A stretch of DNA of 64,000 nt, from IMG/VR virus record IMGVR_UViG_3300022602_000082. One strand, written 5' to 3'. Position 1 is the first letter of the stretch, and each line of letters opens with the position of its first letter. The translations under genes were made by a program, and so were the position numbers. Source of the stretch: an uncultured virus (IMG/VR IMGVR_UViG_3300022602_000082) (Duplodnaviria > Heunggongvirae > Uroviricota > Caudoviricetes). The notes below the pieces were generated by a model. It was not told the DNA's origin. It worked only from the letters and a program-made list of their open reading frames with translations, and made no database searches. Positions 46,634-57,570 of this stretch are shown here, one piece after another.

Positions 46634-47125
46634 ATGGCTGACCAAATTCTAACACAAGAGCTTTTACATCAATTGTTTCAATACAAAGATGGAGAACTTT
46701 ATTGGAAGGTAAAAAGAGGAAGTGCTGAAATTGGGGATTTAGTTGGATGTAAATCTGCAAAAAAGTATTCCATGCTTTCAATTAACAAAAAGACATATCA
46801 AACTCATAGAATTATTTTTATGATGTTTTATGGATATATGCCAGTTGTTGTAGACCACGCAGATGGTAATGGTTTTAACAATAAGATTGAAAATTTAAGA
46901 GGATGTACTTTTTTTGAAAACAATGTAAACAGAAGTATGTCAAAAGGCAATACATCTGGATACAAGAATGTTAGTTGGGACAGAAATAGAAGGAAGTGGA
47001 GAGTTGCATTTAAAAGTAAAGGTGTAAGTTTGTATTTTGGAATGTATGAAGATTTAGAACTTGCAGATTTGGTGGCACAAGAAGCAAGAAATAAACATCA
47101 TGGTAAATTTGCTAAACATAAGTAA
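46634..47125 (+). CDS. HNH homing endonuclease with AP2-like C-terminus, unit B only
   Basis: HRII...VDHADGNGFNNKIENLR; NTSGYKNVSW..RKW..YFG motifs. Confidence 0.85.
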   Translation: MADQILTQELLHQLFQYKDGELYWKVKRGSAEIGDLVGCKSAKKYSMLSINKKTYQTHRIIFMMFYGYMPVVVDHADGNGFNNKIENLRGCTFFENNVNRSMSKGNTSGYKNVSWDRNRRKWRVAFKSKGVSLYFGMYEDLELADLVAQEARNKHHGKFAKHK

Positions 47126-47138
47126 GAGAGGAAATATA

Positions 47139-47744
47139 ATGTCATTAACCGTAAACGCAGGAAGTAATAACACAGAATTTGAGCAATGCCCTCCAGGTTC
47201 ATTTGCTGCACGATGCTACCAAATTATTGATTTAGGTCATCAGACATTTGAATGGAAAGGTGAAGCTAAAGTAGCCCCTAAAGTTCGTATTACTTGGGAA
47301 CTAAACGAAATGATGACTGATGGTCGCCCATTCTCAATCTCACGAGAGTACACAGCTTCAATCGGAGCCAAGGCCAATCTTCGGAAAGACTTGGAAGCAT
47401 GGCGTGGTCGTCCGTTTAGTGCGGAAGAGTTGCGTAACTTTAGTCTTGAGAATGTATTGGGTGCTCCTTGTCTGTTGGGTATCGTACATAAGCCATCTAA
47501 GGACAACTCTAAGGTCTACGCTAACGTAGGTTCAATCATGGCTCTACCTAAGGGTATGCCTAGTCCTGAGTTGGTTAATCCTGCCGTGAAGTTTGATATT
47601 GGCACCTTTGACCAAAAGGTATTTGACGGACTGTCTAGCTATGTTCAGAAGAAGATTCTAATGAGCAAAGAACTAGAAGAGAATGGTATTCCACAGACTC
47701 GTCAAGATGAGCCTGTAATTGAATCAGAAGAAGTGCCGTTTTAA
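47139..47744 (+). CDS. Putative SSB/replication accessory protein
   Basis: Homologue of 4315-4932; ends EEVPF. Confidence 0.65.
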   Translation: MSLTVNAGSNNTEFEQCPPGSFAARCYQIIDLGHQTFEWKGEAKVAPKVRITWELNEMMTDGRPFSISREYTASIGAKANLRKDLEAWRGRPFSAEELRNFSLENVLGAPCLLGIVHKPSKDNSKVYANVGSIMALPKGMPSPELVNPAVKFDIGTFDQKVFDGLSSYVQKKILMSKELEENGIPQTRQDEPVIESEEVPF

Positions 47745-47804
47745 AGGTTACGGGGGAAAGCGTAAAGAAGCGAGTACCCCACCACAATTCTAAGGGGAAT
47801 AGGG

Positions 47805-48617
47805 ATGAAATTAACCAATAAATTTGGGCTGCCAGAGCCTATCGTAAATGCAGTGCAAAACCAAGGGTATACCCCAGGTAGCAGTGATATTACCGTTACA
47901 CAGCTAATCCAACCTCCTTTGATTCGTCAGTTGCGGATTAAACACGATAACGACATCGAGGAAGACGCTTCAGACCGTGTTTGGGCGTTGTTTGGGACTG
48001 CCGTACATCACCTGCTAGAAATGGCTTATAAAGGGCGTACAGCACGAGTAGAGGAGCGAGTCTATGCCGAGGTATCAGGATGGAAGCTAGGGGGCGCATT
48101 CGACGTTTTAGAGGGTTCTAGCCTATCTGATTACAAGGTGACCTCCGTATACTCTTCAGACGGCAAAATTGAGTGGGAACGCCAATTAAACGTGTTGAGA
48201 TGGCTATTGCACAAAAACAACACTGAAGTGACCAAACTGAGCATTACAGCCATTTTTAGGGATTGGAGACCTCGTGAGGCACAGAAGAACCCTGACTACC
48301 CTAGAAGACCAATTATGACCCTTCCTGTACGGATGTGGACACTAGATGAGGCAGAGGCTTATGTCAAAGAGCGTATTGCACTGCACCAATTAGCTGAACC
48401 ACCAATGTGTACAGATGAGGAAAGATGGACTACTCCTGAACAATGGGCCTTGATGAAAAAGGGTGGCAAACGAGCTATCAAACTATATCCGTCACAAGAG
48501 GGTGTTACACTCGGCACAGACCAGTTTTGGGAACATAGACCAGCTACTTACCGACGATGTGAAGACTATTGTTCGGTGAATAAATGGTGTCCTATATGGT
48601 CTAACGTAACCTTTTAA
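47805..48617 (+). CDS. PD-(D/E)XK exonuclease (Cas4/RecB-like)
   Basis: Near-identical to 5055-5867. Confidence 0.75.
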   Translation: MKLTNKFGLPEPIVNAVQNQGYTPGSSDITVTQLIQPPLIRQLRIKHDNDIEEDASDRVWALFGTAVHHLLEMAYKGRTARVEERVYAEVSGWKLGGAFDVLEGSSLSDYKVTSVYSSDGKIEWERQLNVLRWLLHKNNTEVTKLSITAIFRDWRPREAQKNPDYPRRPIMTLPVRMWTLDEAEAYVKERIALHQLAEPPMCTDEERWTTPEQWALMKKGGKRAIKLYPSQEGVTLGTDQFWEHRPATYRRCEDYCSVNKWCPIWSNVTF

Positions 48618-48631
48618 AGTACACTAACAAA

Positions 48632-48697
48632 TGAGACCAGAGGCATTCATCCCCCACTTCCCCTTGACGGCTCCCCTCCGTCTCGCTTCTGGTCTCA
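48632..48697 (+). ncRNA. Hairpin RNA with C-rich loops, allele B
   Basis: Compensatory stem changes relative to 5882-5947. Confidence 0.65.
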
Positions 48698-48713
48698 CCT
48701 ATTAGAGATTAAT

Positions 48714-49139
48714 ATGACTACCATTGTTGGCGATTGGATTAATAAAAAATTAGTTGCAGACAGTCAGTTTTCAGACGATGATTCAGGTATTAAATATTTT
48801 GAAGATAAGATTATTGCAATAGAAGGTGGTTATCTTGGAGTTGCAGGTAATTGGGTGGATGGAGAAAAGGTTTCTGAATACATTAATAAGAAACACAAGA
48901 CAAAACCAAAACTAAAAGCTGATAGTTCATTCTTAAAATTAACAGAAGAGGGGCTATTCTCTTGTGGAGATGACCTAGAATGGGAACGAGTTAGAACTTT
49001 TATGGCAATTGGCAGTGGTTCAATGGCTGCAGAAGTTTGTATGAGAATGGGATTAAGTGCAGAGGAAGCTGTTAAATGGGCGTGTAATGTGGACTTAAAA
49101 AGTCACGAACCAGTCAAAACATATAAATTAGGCGAATAA
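48714..49139 (+). CDS. HslV/proteasome-like Ntn-hydrolase
   Basis: Homologue of 5964-6389. Confidence 0.7.
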   Translation: MTTIVGDWINKKLVADSQFSDDDSGIKYFEDKIIAIEGGYLGVAGNWVDGEKVSEYINKKHKTKPKLKADSSFLKLTEEGLFSCGDDLEWERVRTFMAIGSGSMAAEVCMRMGLSAEEAVKWACNVDLKSHEPVKTYKLGE

Positions 49140-49140
49140 A

Positions 49141-50094
49141 ATGCAACCAAGATGCAACGATGAAGATTTTATAGAGTTGTGGAATAAACATCAATCGGGG
49201 ACTATATTAGCAAAAGTATTAGATATTGACCTTCGTACCCTAATGCGTCGACGAAGTAGACTAGAAAAGAAATACAACATTAAATTAGAAGCAAAAGAAA
49301 AGCCAAGTCAAAGATTAACTATTCCCGAGAACAAAGTCCGCACTAATCTGTCTATGGAAGATGGATTGATTATTGTGGGTTCTGATTGCCACTACTGGCC
49401 TGGATATGTCAGTACCGCCCATAGAGCATTTGTCCATCTCATCAAGAAACTAAAACCTAATGGAATAGTCCTTAATGGAGACATTATGGATAACGCCACA
49501 ATCAGCCAACACAATAGGATTGGGTGGGATAAGACTCCAACCGTGAAGGAAGAACTAGAAGAAGTCCAAGCCAGACTAGGAGACATTGAGAAGGTTCGTC
49601 CTGCAGGAACATTTATGCACCGCACCATTGGTAACCACGACCTTCGTTTTGATGGGAAACTATCTAATGTTCTAGGACAGTATGAAGGTGTACCTGGAAT
49701 GGCATTAGCTGACCACTTGCCTCTTTGGACATATTCTTGGTCTCTAATGGTCAATAACACTTGTATGATTAAGCACCGTTGGCATAATGGTCAACATGGA
49801 GTGTTTAACAATACCCTTAAATCGGGGGTCTCAATGGTCACGGGGCATCTACATTCCTTAAAAGTGACTCCGTGGACTGATTATAATGGTGACAGATATG
49901 GCGTTGACACAGGAACAATGTCGGCAATTGGAGGAGACAAGTACATCTATACGGAAGACTCGCCCGTCAACTGGCGTTCAGGATTCGCAGTACTTACATT
50001 CCGTGATGGAGAACTTATGCCGCCAGAACTTGTACAAGTCATTAGTGAAGATGATGGATTGGTATTCTTTCGAGGAGAGGTGATTTCGGTATGA
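49141..50094 (+). CDS. Metallophosphoesterase
   Basis: Homologue of 6391-7347. Confidence 0.85.
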   Translation: MQPRCNDEDFIELWNKHQSGTILAKVLDIDLRTLMRRRSRLEKKYNIKLEAKEKPSQRLTIPENKVRTNLSMEDGLIIVGSDCHYWPGYVSTAHRAFVHLIKKLKPNGIVLNGDIMDNATISQHNRIGWDKTPTVKEELEEVQARLGDIEKVRPAGTFMHRTIGNHDLRFDGKLSNVLGQYEGVPGMALADHLPLWTYSWSLMVNNTCMIKHRWHNGQHGVFNNTLKSGVSMVTGHLHSLKVTPWTDYNGDRYGVDTGTMSAIGGDKYIYTEDSPVNWRSGFAVLTFRDGELMPPELVQVISEDDGLVFFRGEVISV

Positions 50095-50288
50095 AGATAG
50101 AAGTCAAAATCATTAAGGAAAACGAAGATGGTTCAGCCAACGCTCAAGTTGATTTCGATAAAGAAGGGCTTGAAACACTCGTACAGTGGGGGCTTGTTAG
50201 TCTGCTTACCAAAGCAATTGATGAATACAAGGTTAGAGATGACGAAATTCCTTTCCCTGTGCCAAAGCCTAAAAGGAAGAAAAAGTGA
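50091..50288 (+). CDS. Hypothetical protein
   Basis: Homologue of 7349-7564. Confidence 0.7.
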   Translation: MKIEVKIIKENEDGSANAQVDFDKEGLETLVQWGLVSLLTKAIDEYKVRDDEIPFPVPKPKRKKK

Positions 50289-50794
50289 ACCGTAATTGGA
50301 ATAAGTCATTTGACCTAGTGATTGTGAACGAAGGAGGCTACGTTGACAACAAACTTGACCCAGGAGGAGCTACTAACTGGGGATGTACTCAAGCAGTATG
50401 GGAAGGCTATATTGGTCATAAAGTGTCTGTAGACGATATGAAAGCCTTAACTAAAGAAGATGTAAAACCTTTATACAAAAAGAGGTACTGGGATGCCATA
50501 CACGGAGATGCTATTCCTTCGGGACTTGATTATTGCCTTTTTGATTGTGCTATCAATAGTGGTGTTAATAGGTCAGCGAAAATTATCCAAGAAATCGTGG
50601 GCGTTTTTGCTGATGGTGCTATCGGTAATAATACTGTTAGTGCTATAACTCAACTTAACCCAGTTACTGCCATTAATGAGTTCTGTGATAAACGACAAGC
50701 ATTCCTAGAATCATTAAAGACTTTCCCAGTATTTGGAAAGGGCTGGAGCAAACGAGTATCAGAAGTCCGTATTCGTTCTCTAGAGATGGTTTAA
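50285..50794 (+). CDS. GH108 endolysin
   Basis: EGGYV..DPGGATNWG. Confidence 0.9.
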   Translation: MNRNWNKSFDLVIVNEGGYVDNKLDPGGATNWGCTQAVWEGYIGHKVSVDDMKALTKEDVKPLYKKRYWDAIHGDAIPSGLDYCLFDCAINSGVNRSAKIIQEIVGVFADGAIGNNTVSAITQLNPVTAINEFCDKRQAFLESLKTFPVFGKGWSKRVSEVRIRSLEMV

Positions 50795-51204
50795 AGGGCT
50801 ACTTGGGCCTTCACCCATGCTTGAAGCTCAGTGAGCATTAGCGTGGTTTGACTGCATTGTCCAATAAGTATTGAGTAGGCGGTACTTGCATCAGTTCCTG
50901 AGGGGGCTGTGGAAATTCCCTCTGTTTTACTGCCACTGGGGTTGATGTGCAACCCACTACCATAAAAGTTCCTAAGATTAGCCAACTTAGCTTCATATTC
51001 ATTCTTTACTCCAGAGGTGATGAGTGCTGCTTGTTTATCTTTTGAAGAATTCTCTGCTTCCTGCGCTTTTCCTGCTGCTTCAACACGCTCCTGATATGCA
51101 ACAAATCGTGAATGTTCATAGCCATAGCCAAGATACACGCACCCACAAAGTACCATAACAACCAATCCAGCTTTGATGTAAGTTGTAACATTTAGTGGAA
51201 ACAT
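50791..51204 (-). CDS. Rz: Inner-membrane spanin
   Basis: Homologue of 8319-8732. Confidence 0.8.
   Translation of the reverse strand: MFPLNVTTYIKAGLVVMVLCGCVYLGYGYEHSRFVAYQERVEAAGKAQEAENSSKDKQAALITSGVKNEYEAKLANLRNFYGSGLHINPSGSKTEGISTAPSGTDASTAYSILIGQCSQTTLMLTELQAWVKAQVAL
50838..51002 (-). CDS. Rz1: Embedded outer-membrane spanin lipoprotein
   Basis: MNMKLSWLILGTFMVVG-CTSTPVAVKQREFPQPPQELMQVPP: lipobox, Pro-rich. Confidence 0.8.
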   Translation of the reverse strand: MNMKLSWLILGTFMVVGCTSTPVAVKQREFPQPPQELMQVPPTQYLLDNAVKPR

Positions 51205-51398
51205 TATCTTTCGTCTAACGGCTTGGTGGTTAAGAATCTTAGGATAGCAACCAATATACCAATAATAATATAGCTAAAGCCATAGTAACGGTCACTGATT
51301 ACTCCTTGGATACTAGAAAAGTTATCAAATAATGCCCCGAACACTACCAATGCGAAAGAAAACCACATTGTTTTGGAACGGTGCATTGGTTTTTTCAT
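51204..51398 (-). CDS. Putative holin
   Basis: Two TM segments; homologue of 9278-9466. Confidence 0.6.
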   Translation of the reverse strand: MKKPMHRSKTMWFSFALVVFGALFDNFSSIQGVISDRYYGFSYIIIGILVAILRFLTTKPLDER

Positions 51399-51589
51399 TT
51401 AAAAGGGATATGTCCTGTACCTGCAGCCCATAGTAAAAGTGCTACAGCACCCATACCAATTAGCTTAATCACCCTTTTGACGACAGATTCGCCTACAGAG
51501 GTATAAAAGTTCTTAATCACCTTTTCAGTTACTCTTTCTACAAGTTCTTCAAGTTGGTCGTCTGTTAGGGGTAATTGAGTATTTGACAT
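51395..51589 (-). CDS. Small membrane protein
   Basis: Homologue of 9463-9657. Confidence 0.55.
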   Translation of the reverse strand: MSNTQLPLTDDQLEELVERVTEKVIKNFYTSVGESVVKRVIKLIGMGAVALLLWAAGTGHIPFK

Positions 51590-51591
51590 GA

Positions 51592-51990
51592 TTAGGTAGC
51601 TTGGGTTTGTGCAGTTAGTATGCCGTTGGTAAATGTCATGGAACCATTAGTTCCAGTAAGTGTTAATTTTGCTGTAGTAATTGTGACAGACAATCCAGTT
51701 GGCGTACCTGTAATTGCTGAATAAGGAATAGTAGTAGAAGCTGTAACTGGCCCTGTGTTGTGACCGTATAAATATCCAGTTAATCCTGGAGTTTGAATAT
51801 TTGATAAATTTGTATTGGCAATGTTACCGCCTGTAATGGATACATTATTAGAGTTCTCATAAGCCATTGTTCCTATTTGGTCTAAATTACCATTGGTTTG
51901 AGAAAAAATGGTATAAAACCAATCCCTAAACTGTCTAGTATCTAATGCTTGATTGGTTGGAGGAGGGGGAGGAAGCATCTTGATTGGCAT
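51592..51990 (-). CDS. Putative minor tail protein
   Basis: Homologue of 9660-10100 with a swapped middle. Confidence 0.5.
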   Translation of the reverse strand: MPIKMLPPPPPTNQALDTRQFRDWFYTIFSQTNGNLDQIGTMAYENSNNVSITGGNIANTNLSNIQTPGLTGYLYGHNTGPVTASTTIPYSAITGTPTGLSVTITTAKLTLTGTNGSMTFTNGILTAQTQAT

Positions 51991-53318
51991 TACTCATCCT
52001 CTTCCATTTCGTCATAGCACCAATTCTCAGCATAACCATATTCTTGCAATGCGGGGATTTGATGCTCCATACCCTCACCAATGTCATCCCTTACGTTAAT
52101 ACAGTCAGGAATATCAATTTTCTTGACGTTTTTATAGGCACGTTCACAGGCTTGTTTAACGGTCTTTCCTACCCCGTTTGCCACTAAGACATAATCACCT
52201 GCCGTCACTAGGCAAGGACGCTCTGTAACCCCGTTCTCGTCGTTCTGAGGGGCATTACCAACCATTACCTCACATAAGGCGTAGTCGGTAGTTAATTCAT
52301 CGGGTAAACCATAGATAGGAAATCCTGTATGGTCACGCCCCGTAGTCTTAGACCTAGGGTAATCCCCAATAGGGATAACGATACCAGTAGCAGTGTCGTA
52401 ACTAACTTTGAGAGTATCTTTGCCATTTAATAAGTCAACCATCCAATCTACGACAGAACCCTTGTGAAGGGCTTGTTGAATGTTAAATAAAGGCCAACCT
52501 TTACGCATAGTCCATTCTAGGGGGCGAGGTTCACCTTTTTCATCCACAATAAAGGCTAAATCTACATAGCCAGTATGTCCAATAAAGCATAGGTAATCTT
52601 CAAAGCGTTTGAGGGTTTCATCAAACAAGTTAGATTTAGTAACATATTTGATAACAGTTCCCTGTTCACCTGTGTTACATCCATAGTTACCTGACATGAG
52701 CTTCTTGTGCTCAAATCCTTCAAGGATGTTCTTGCCAAATCCATTAGGGCCTATCCAAGCACCTACTCCGAACTCTATTCCTGGAACGAACTCTTGGAGG
52801 ATGAAGTCTCTTCTTTTTCCTGTTTCTTTCCATCGTTGAAGCATGAAGACCATATCTGCTGCAGATTTAGATACATAAGATAGAGCCTTGTCTGCATCAC
52901 CACTGGGTTTAGAGACGTATCGTTTGGGATTAGATTTAACAAAGTCGATAGCACTGTTATAGTCCTTAAATTCAAATGAAGGGATAACTGCAAGCCCTGC
53001 CTTCTTCATAATGTCTTGACCATAATCACGGTCTAGTTCCATCTTGGCACCAAGCATATTAGTACCGATAATTGGGTAACCCTCTTCATGGAACTTTTCT
53101 AGTTCCCGCATTTGAAAAGCGTTATCCGATAATACGATTAAGTCTGCTTGTTTGGCATGAATCTGCCAGTTCTGAACTTGGTCAATAAGTCCTTTACCAA
53201 TCTTAGAACGCTCCTGACCGTGTGGACGCACCCATTGTTTAACTTCGTGTCCTTCTGCAAGACAACGGATACCAAAGTCTACAAGGGCACCAGCAGGGTC
53301 GAGCAACAAGATTCTCAT
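51990..53318 (-). CDS. PurD-like ATP-grasp amide ligase
   Basis: Near-identical to 10100-11431. Confidence 0.8.
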   Translation of the reverse strand: MRILLLDPAGALVDFGIRCLAEGHEVKQWVRPHGQERSKIGKGLIDQVQNWQIHAKQADLIVLSDNAFQMRELEKFHEEGYPIIGTNMLGAKMELDRDYGQDIMKKAGLAVIPSFEFKDYNSAIDFVKSNPKRYVSKPSGDADKALSYVSKSAADMVFMLQRWKETGKRRDFILQEFVPGIEFGVGAWIGPNGFGKNILEGFEHKKLMSGNYGCNTGEQGTVIKYVTKSNLFDETLKRFEDYLCFIGHTGYVDLAFIVDEKGEPRPLEWTMRKGWPLFNIQQALHKGSVVDWMVDLLNGKDTLKVSYDTATGIVIPIGDYPRSKTTGRDHTGFPIYGLPDELTTDYALCEVMVGNAPQNDENGVTERPCLVTAGDYVLVANGVGKTVKQACERAYKNVKKIDIPDCINVRDDIGEGMEHQIPALQEYGYAENWCYDEMEEDE

Positions 53319-53477
53319 GTTATTTCATTTTCTTTTTAGTTTTGCCAGATTGCGGTTTTCCTGCTCTAGCTTTAGAAAGGGCAATGGCGACTGCTTGCTT
53401 TTGTGGACGACCAGCCTTCACCTCTTTGGAGATGTTAGATGAAATAGTCTTTTGTGATGAACCTGATTTAAGTGGCA

Positions 53478-54857
53478 TTATTGATTCTCCTGTGGGATAT
53501 TAGCCATATAACCAGCTTTTATTAATAAACTTGCTGCACGAGACACATCTTTACCAGTCTTAGCGTTGTTAATTACATCACTAATTTTTTGGAACTGTAC
53601 TGGGTCTTTAATTATAGTTTGCTTTACGTTTGGAGCGATATTAGCCCAAAGAGTTTTAGCTTGTTCAACAGGGCGACCTTTAAGGTAATATGCCAACTCT
53701 TGTTTAAATACCTTTTGACCAGCTTCATCTTTGGCAAAGTTAGCCATTTGTTTATTGATAATGTTGTAATTGTTGCTCTTAAACAACTCAGGTAATGTAT
53801 CTTTAGCAGTAGCTACAAACTCTTTCTCAGCAGCATTACGTGCAACCTTTTCAGCACCACCTGGAATAAACTTGTTTACAGCTTCTCTGACAATATCTTG
53901 CTCTTTTTTGCTTAATGCTTTGAACTCGTCAGATTTAAGATTATTGATAACAGCATTACCATCTAAGGCATTGCCTTCTTTATCCAAGAATAACTGTCTA
54001 ATCTTACCTGCAGATGATGCACGAGATTCTTTAGGAAGCTCATTAAGTGCTGCTTGTAAGTCAGTCTTTAGACCTGCACCAGTCTTTTCAGACAATGCTT
54101 TGTCATATCCAGCTTTAGCATCTTCATATAATTTGTTGACGTTAGCACCTTCTCCATGAGCAGCTTGTAATTCAGCTTTAAACGCATCACGAGCTTCTGT
54201 AGTGGCTCCTGCAGTAACAGCTTTCTCGCCCAATGCTTTTTCAGCAGCAGCCCCTGAAATCTTAGCTTCAGGAAGAAATGAAGCAACTTTACGCAAAGTT
54301 CCATATTTAGGAATCATAGACTTAGCTAGGTCACTAACCAAATTGCTTGATTGCTGAACTAACTTGTTCTCTGCAATCATTTTAATGCCAGCTTGTGCAG
54401 GAACTACACCCATTCCAATCATGTCGGCTAATTGTTGCGTCTTTTCACCATAGCCTAATTGTTGAGCTAATGCACTTAATCCACCGCCTACAGCGCCGCC
54501 TAAACCACCCATTGCAGCACCACCTACGGCAGCAGCAGGGCCTCCAAACATACCAACACCACCACCAATGGCTGCACCAGTCATGGCACCAGACTTAATC
54601 TTTTCCATTGCTTGTTCGCCAGTTACTTGACCAGCTTTAGATGGGTCACGAGTAGTGAGTTCTTTAGTAAACTCTTGCATCTTTTGTTGCTGTTCTTTTT
54701 GGAAATCCATCATTCCAGCAAATTTATCTTCTTTAGATGGTTCTGCAGGAACTTTTGTTTCAGTACCGCCAAGATGAGCAATAATCTTTTCTTTTGCTTT
54801 TACTGGGTCATTTTCAGAAATATCATAATGTTGACCTTGGTATTCGTATACTGGCAT
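53478..54857 (-). CDS. Putative DNA ejection protein
   Basis: Homologue of 11588-13255 lacking the N-terminal extra domain. Confidence 0.6.
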   Translation of the reverse strand: MPVYEYQGQHYDISENDPVKAKEKIIAHLGGTETKVPAEPSKEDKFAGMMDFQKEQQQKMQEFTKELTTRDPSKAGQVTGEQAMEKIKSGAMTGAAIGGGVGMFGGPAAAVGGAAMGGLGGAVGGGLSALAQQLGYGEKTQQLADMIGMGVVPAQAGIKMIAENKLVQQSSNLVSDLAKSMIPKYGTLRKVASFLPEAKISGAAAEKALGEKAVTAGATTEARDAFKAELQAAHGEGANVNKLYEDAKAGYDKALSEKTGAGLKTDLQAALNELPKESRASSAGKIRQLFLDKEGNALDGNAVINNLKSDEFKALSKKEQDIVREAVNKFIPGGAEKVARNAAEKEFVATAKDTLPELFKSNNYNIINKQMANFAKDEAGQKVFKQELAYYLKGRPVEQAKTLWANIAPNVKQTIIKDPVQFQKISDVINNAKTGKDVSRAASLLIKAGYMANIPQENQ

Positions 54858-54865
54858 ATTAGTCT

Positions 54866-56212
54866 TTAATCTAGTTTGATTGGGTCTTCTTTAGTGCCAG
54901 TTCCTTGAGCTTTCTTTTCTTCTCCGCCATATTTTTTAGTAGCAAATTCAGTAAAGCTCATGTTTGGATTCTTTTTAGCTGCATTAGATGCTTTATCAAG
55001 CTCTTCTTGAGTAAATGGAATTGCTTTACGCACAAGCTCCAATTTTTGCTGAATAAGGTTTTTGCGTTCATCAGATAATGTTTTATCGCTTAATTGTGCT
55101 TCTGAAGATGATTCAACAATACGACGCATTTCTGCTAATTTATCCATTGCAACTTCTAATTTAGCACCAGCAGGAATTGATATGCCAGATTCAATACTAT
55201 TAGCCAAACCAACCAAACCCGTTGCTGCACCACCAGATTCAAGTGATGCCAAACTACGAGCAACACCAACCATACGTGTTTGCATTTTTTGTGAAGTTGT
55301 GTCTGACATCTCTTGATTTAGTGCAGATAGAGGTGCGGTCAGCAAACTATTAAATTGTTTTTGCTGGAACATTGGGCCTGTTGTAGTAATTGGCAATCTA
55401 GCTACGTTTGTTAAAGCATCAGATGCTTGTGTAAACGCTTGAACAACACGAGATGCTGCACCAGACTCTTTACCTGCACCAGCCCTAGCAATTGCCATTA
55501 AATGTTGGTTCTGTAGTTCAGCACGTTTTTCAGCACGGTCTGCAGCAGCTTCTGCACGGTCTTGAGCTTCAATCTTTTGTCTCATTACAGGGGACATTTT
55601 AGATAACAACTTATCTCTCATATCAGGAGACCAAGTTGTAGGAAAGTCTTTAGGCGGCTCAATACCAGTACGCTCTAAAGCATCCTTTAAGCGACGGTCA
55701 TAATCTACTTGGCTCTTAGCACCATATAAAGTGGAAGCAAAGTCATCTTTAGCGTCAGTCTTTAATTTTTGAGCTTCTTGTTGCGTTCTTTGTGCATTGT
55801 TTAAATATCTACGTGCTTCCATATCCGCAACTTGTGCTTCTTTATCTTTACCCATTGCTTTAAGATATTGGGCTTCTTTGGCTTTTGCTTGAGCGTTTTG
55901 TTGGTCTGTTTGAGCAGTAATTAATGTCTGATTAACCAAACCAGCACTTGTTAACTCTCCATCAGGAGTGGTCAGCTTAAATTGTGGGCCTAACATATTG
56001 CCAGCCATAGCACCTAGTCCAGCTTGTGGTTTACCACCTGCACCCATACCACCAGCCATACCAGCTAATGGTTGTTGTGGTGCCATGTCTTGCTTGGATT
56101 GCTGTAAGGCTTGTGACTGTAATCCATATTGTTGCGATGCAATATCTTCCTGCCTAAATGCTTGAGCAGGGCTTGTTTGCAATACATTAGCTAATTCTGA
56201 AAGACTTGCCAT
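54866..56212 (-). CDS. Putative DNA ejection protein
   Basis: Homologue of 13255-14694. Confidence 0.55.
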   Translation of the reverse strand: MASLSELANVLQTSPAQAFRQEDIASQQYGLQSQALQQSKQDMAPQQPLAGMAGGMGAGGKPQAGLGAMAGNMLGPQFKLTTPDGELTSAGLVNQTLITAQTDQQNAQAKAKEAQYLKAMGKDKEAQVADMEARRYLNNAQRTQQEAQKLKTDAKDDFASTLYGAKSQVDYDRRLKDALERTGIEPPKDFPTTWSPDMRDKLLSKMSPVMRQKIEAQDRAEAAADRAEKRAELQNQHLMAIARAGAGKESGAASRVVQAFTQASDALTNVARLPITTTGPMFQQKQFNSLLTAPLSALNQEMSDTTSQKMQTRMVGVARSLASLESGGAATGLVGLANSIESGISIPAGAKLEVAMDKLAEMRRIVESSSEAQLSDKTLSDERKNLIQQKLELVRKAIPFTQEELDKASNAAKKNPNMSFTEFATKKYGGEEKKAQGTGTKEDPIKLD

Positions 56213-56213
56213 A

Positions 56214-57113
56214 TTAACTCACCGAAGGAGATGATTGATTGTATTGGGAATACAGTGTTTGTAATGGGTTTAGTACGTTTGCTGCTCCACCAGCTAACTG
56301 TTGTAATCCCAACGCACCTAGACCTGCTTGACCAAAGTTAATACCTTGTTGAGCTTGTGCTGCACCTGCAGGAGCTTGATTAGCACCTGATAATGTGGCT
56401 AGTAAGGTTTGTTGTTGTTGTAAGCTAGAAGTAGCATATTGTTGACCAAACTGTTGAGCTTGTAACAATCCACCACCTGATACTAAACGACCCTGTGCAG
56501 CTTGTTGAGCCTGTTGAGCTTGTAATCCTTGTTGAAGGTTAAACTGGTAACCTGGAGTAGAAGTAATGGTATTTGGGTTTGCCAGTAAGTTCTGTAACTG
56601 GGAAGCTGCTTGTGAACGGTATGCTGCGTATGGGTCTGCAACACCTGGCTTAGTTCCGCCACCACCTAATAATTTAGCTGCTTGCCCCACTTGTCCAATA
56701 CCGCCTATTAATTGAGCACCAGTCTTGGCGTATCCAGCTAAGTCGCCCAGTGTAGTTCCTACGCCACCTTGGGCAACAACGTTACCTGCGGCATCAAGGA
56801 TGTTGCCACCTTGAATAGAACCCATTGAGCCGTCTGCTAATTGGAATGGTACAGATTCTGCGCCAGCTGCAGCACCTTCTAATTGAGCCGCAGTTCCACC
56901 CGCTTGTGCGATTTGTTCTGCAGTTAACCCTGCCTGTAATAATTCTTCTCCACTGGCTCCTGCGGCAACAAGGTCTGAAGCAGTTGCACCTGCTGCTAAA
57001 GCATCTGCGGCTGTCATTGTACCAGCGGCTACTTCTCCTGCTGCTGCTGCACCAGCACCAGCCTCACCTGCTCCGAATATTACTTCTCCGACTGCTGCGG
57101 TTGATTCTGCCAT
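56214..57113 (-). CDS. Putative DNA ejection/pilot protein
   Basis: Homologue of 14696-15643. Confidence 0.65.
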   Translation of the reverse strand: MAESTAAVGEVIFGAGEAGAGAAAAGEVAAGTMTAADALAAGATASDLVAAGASGEELLQAGLTAEQIAQAGGTAAQLEGAAAGAESVPFQLADGSMGSIQGGNILDAAGNVVAQGGVGTTLGDLAGYAKTGAQLIGGIGQVGQAAKLLGGGGTKPGVADPYAAYRSQAASQLQNLLANPNTITSTPGYQFNLQQGLQAQQAQQAAQGRLVSGGGLLQAQQFGQQYATSSLQQQQTLLATLSGANQAPAGAAQAQQGINFGQAGLGALGLQQLAGGAANVLNPLQTLYSQYNQSSPSVS

Positions 57114-57117
57114 GATT

Positions 57118-57570
57118 CTATCCTATTAATTTACCAAACACACGTTCAGTCTGTTTGTATCCTAAACGCTCAAATATTGCACCAACATCTTGGTGTACTT
57201 TAGTATTCATTATTAAACGCTGAACACCATAGCTCTTTAGGATTTCCTCGTTCTTAATGAACAATTTTACTCCTGTTGAGCCTTTTCGATAATCTTTAGA
57301 TATAAAAAATATATCATTTGTAGCTGTCAAACTATCTTTATAATGCAAATTATAGGCAATAATGCAAATACAATAACCTATTAATTTACCGTCATCTCTA
57401 GCTGTAACAATCCTCATTACCCCAGAATTGCACAGTTTTTCATACATTTCATAGTTTGGATTGAGTTTAATAACCTCTTTATTTAAGGCTATTTCTTCCC
57501 AATGGTCTTCTAATAAAGGCTTAATTTCGTCAATTACTTGACTATAAGTCTCTTCTTTATACTCAATCAT
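57118..57570 (-). CDS. GNAT-fold acetyltransferase-like protein
   Basis: Homologue of 15649-16101. Confidence 0.75.
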   Translation of the reverse strand: MIEYKEETYSQVIDEIKPLLEDHWEEIALNKEVIKLNPNYEMYEKLCNSGVMRIVTARDDGKLIGYCICIIAYNLHYKDSLTATNDIFFISKDYRKGSTGVKLFIKNEEILKSYGVQRLIMNTKVHQDVGAIFERLGYKQTERVFGKLIG

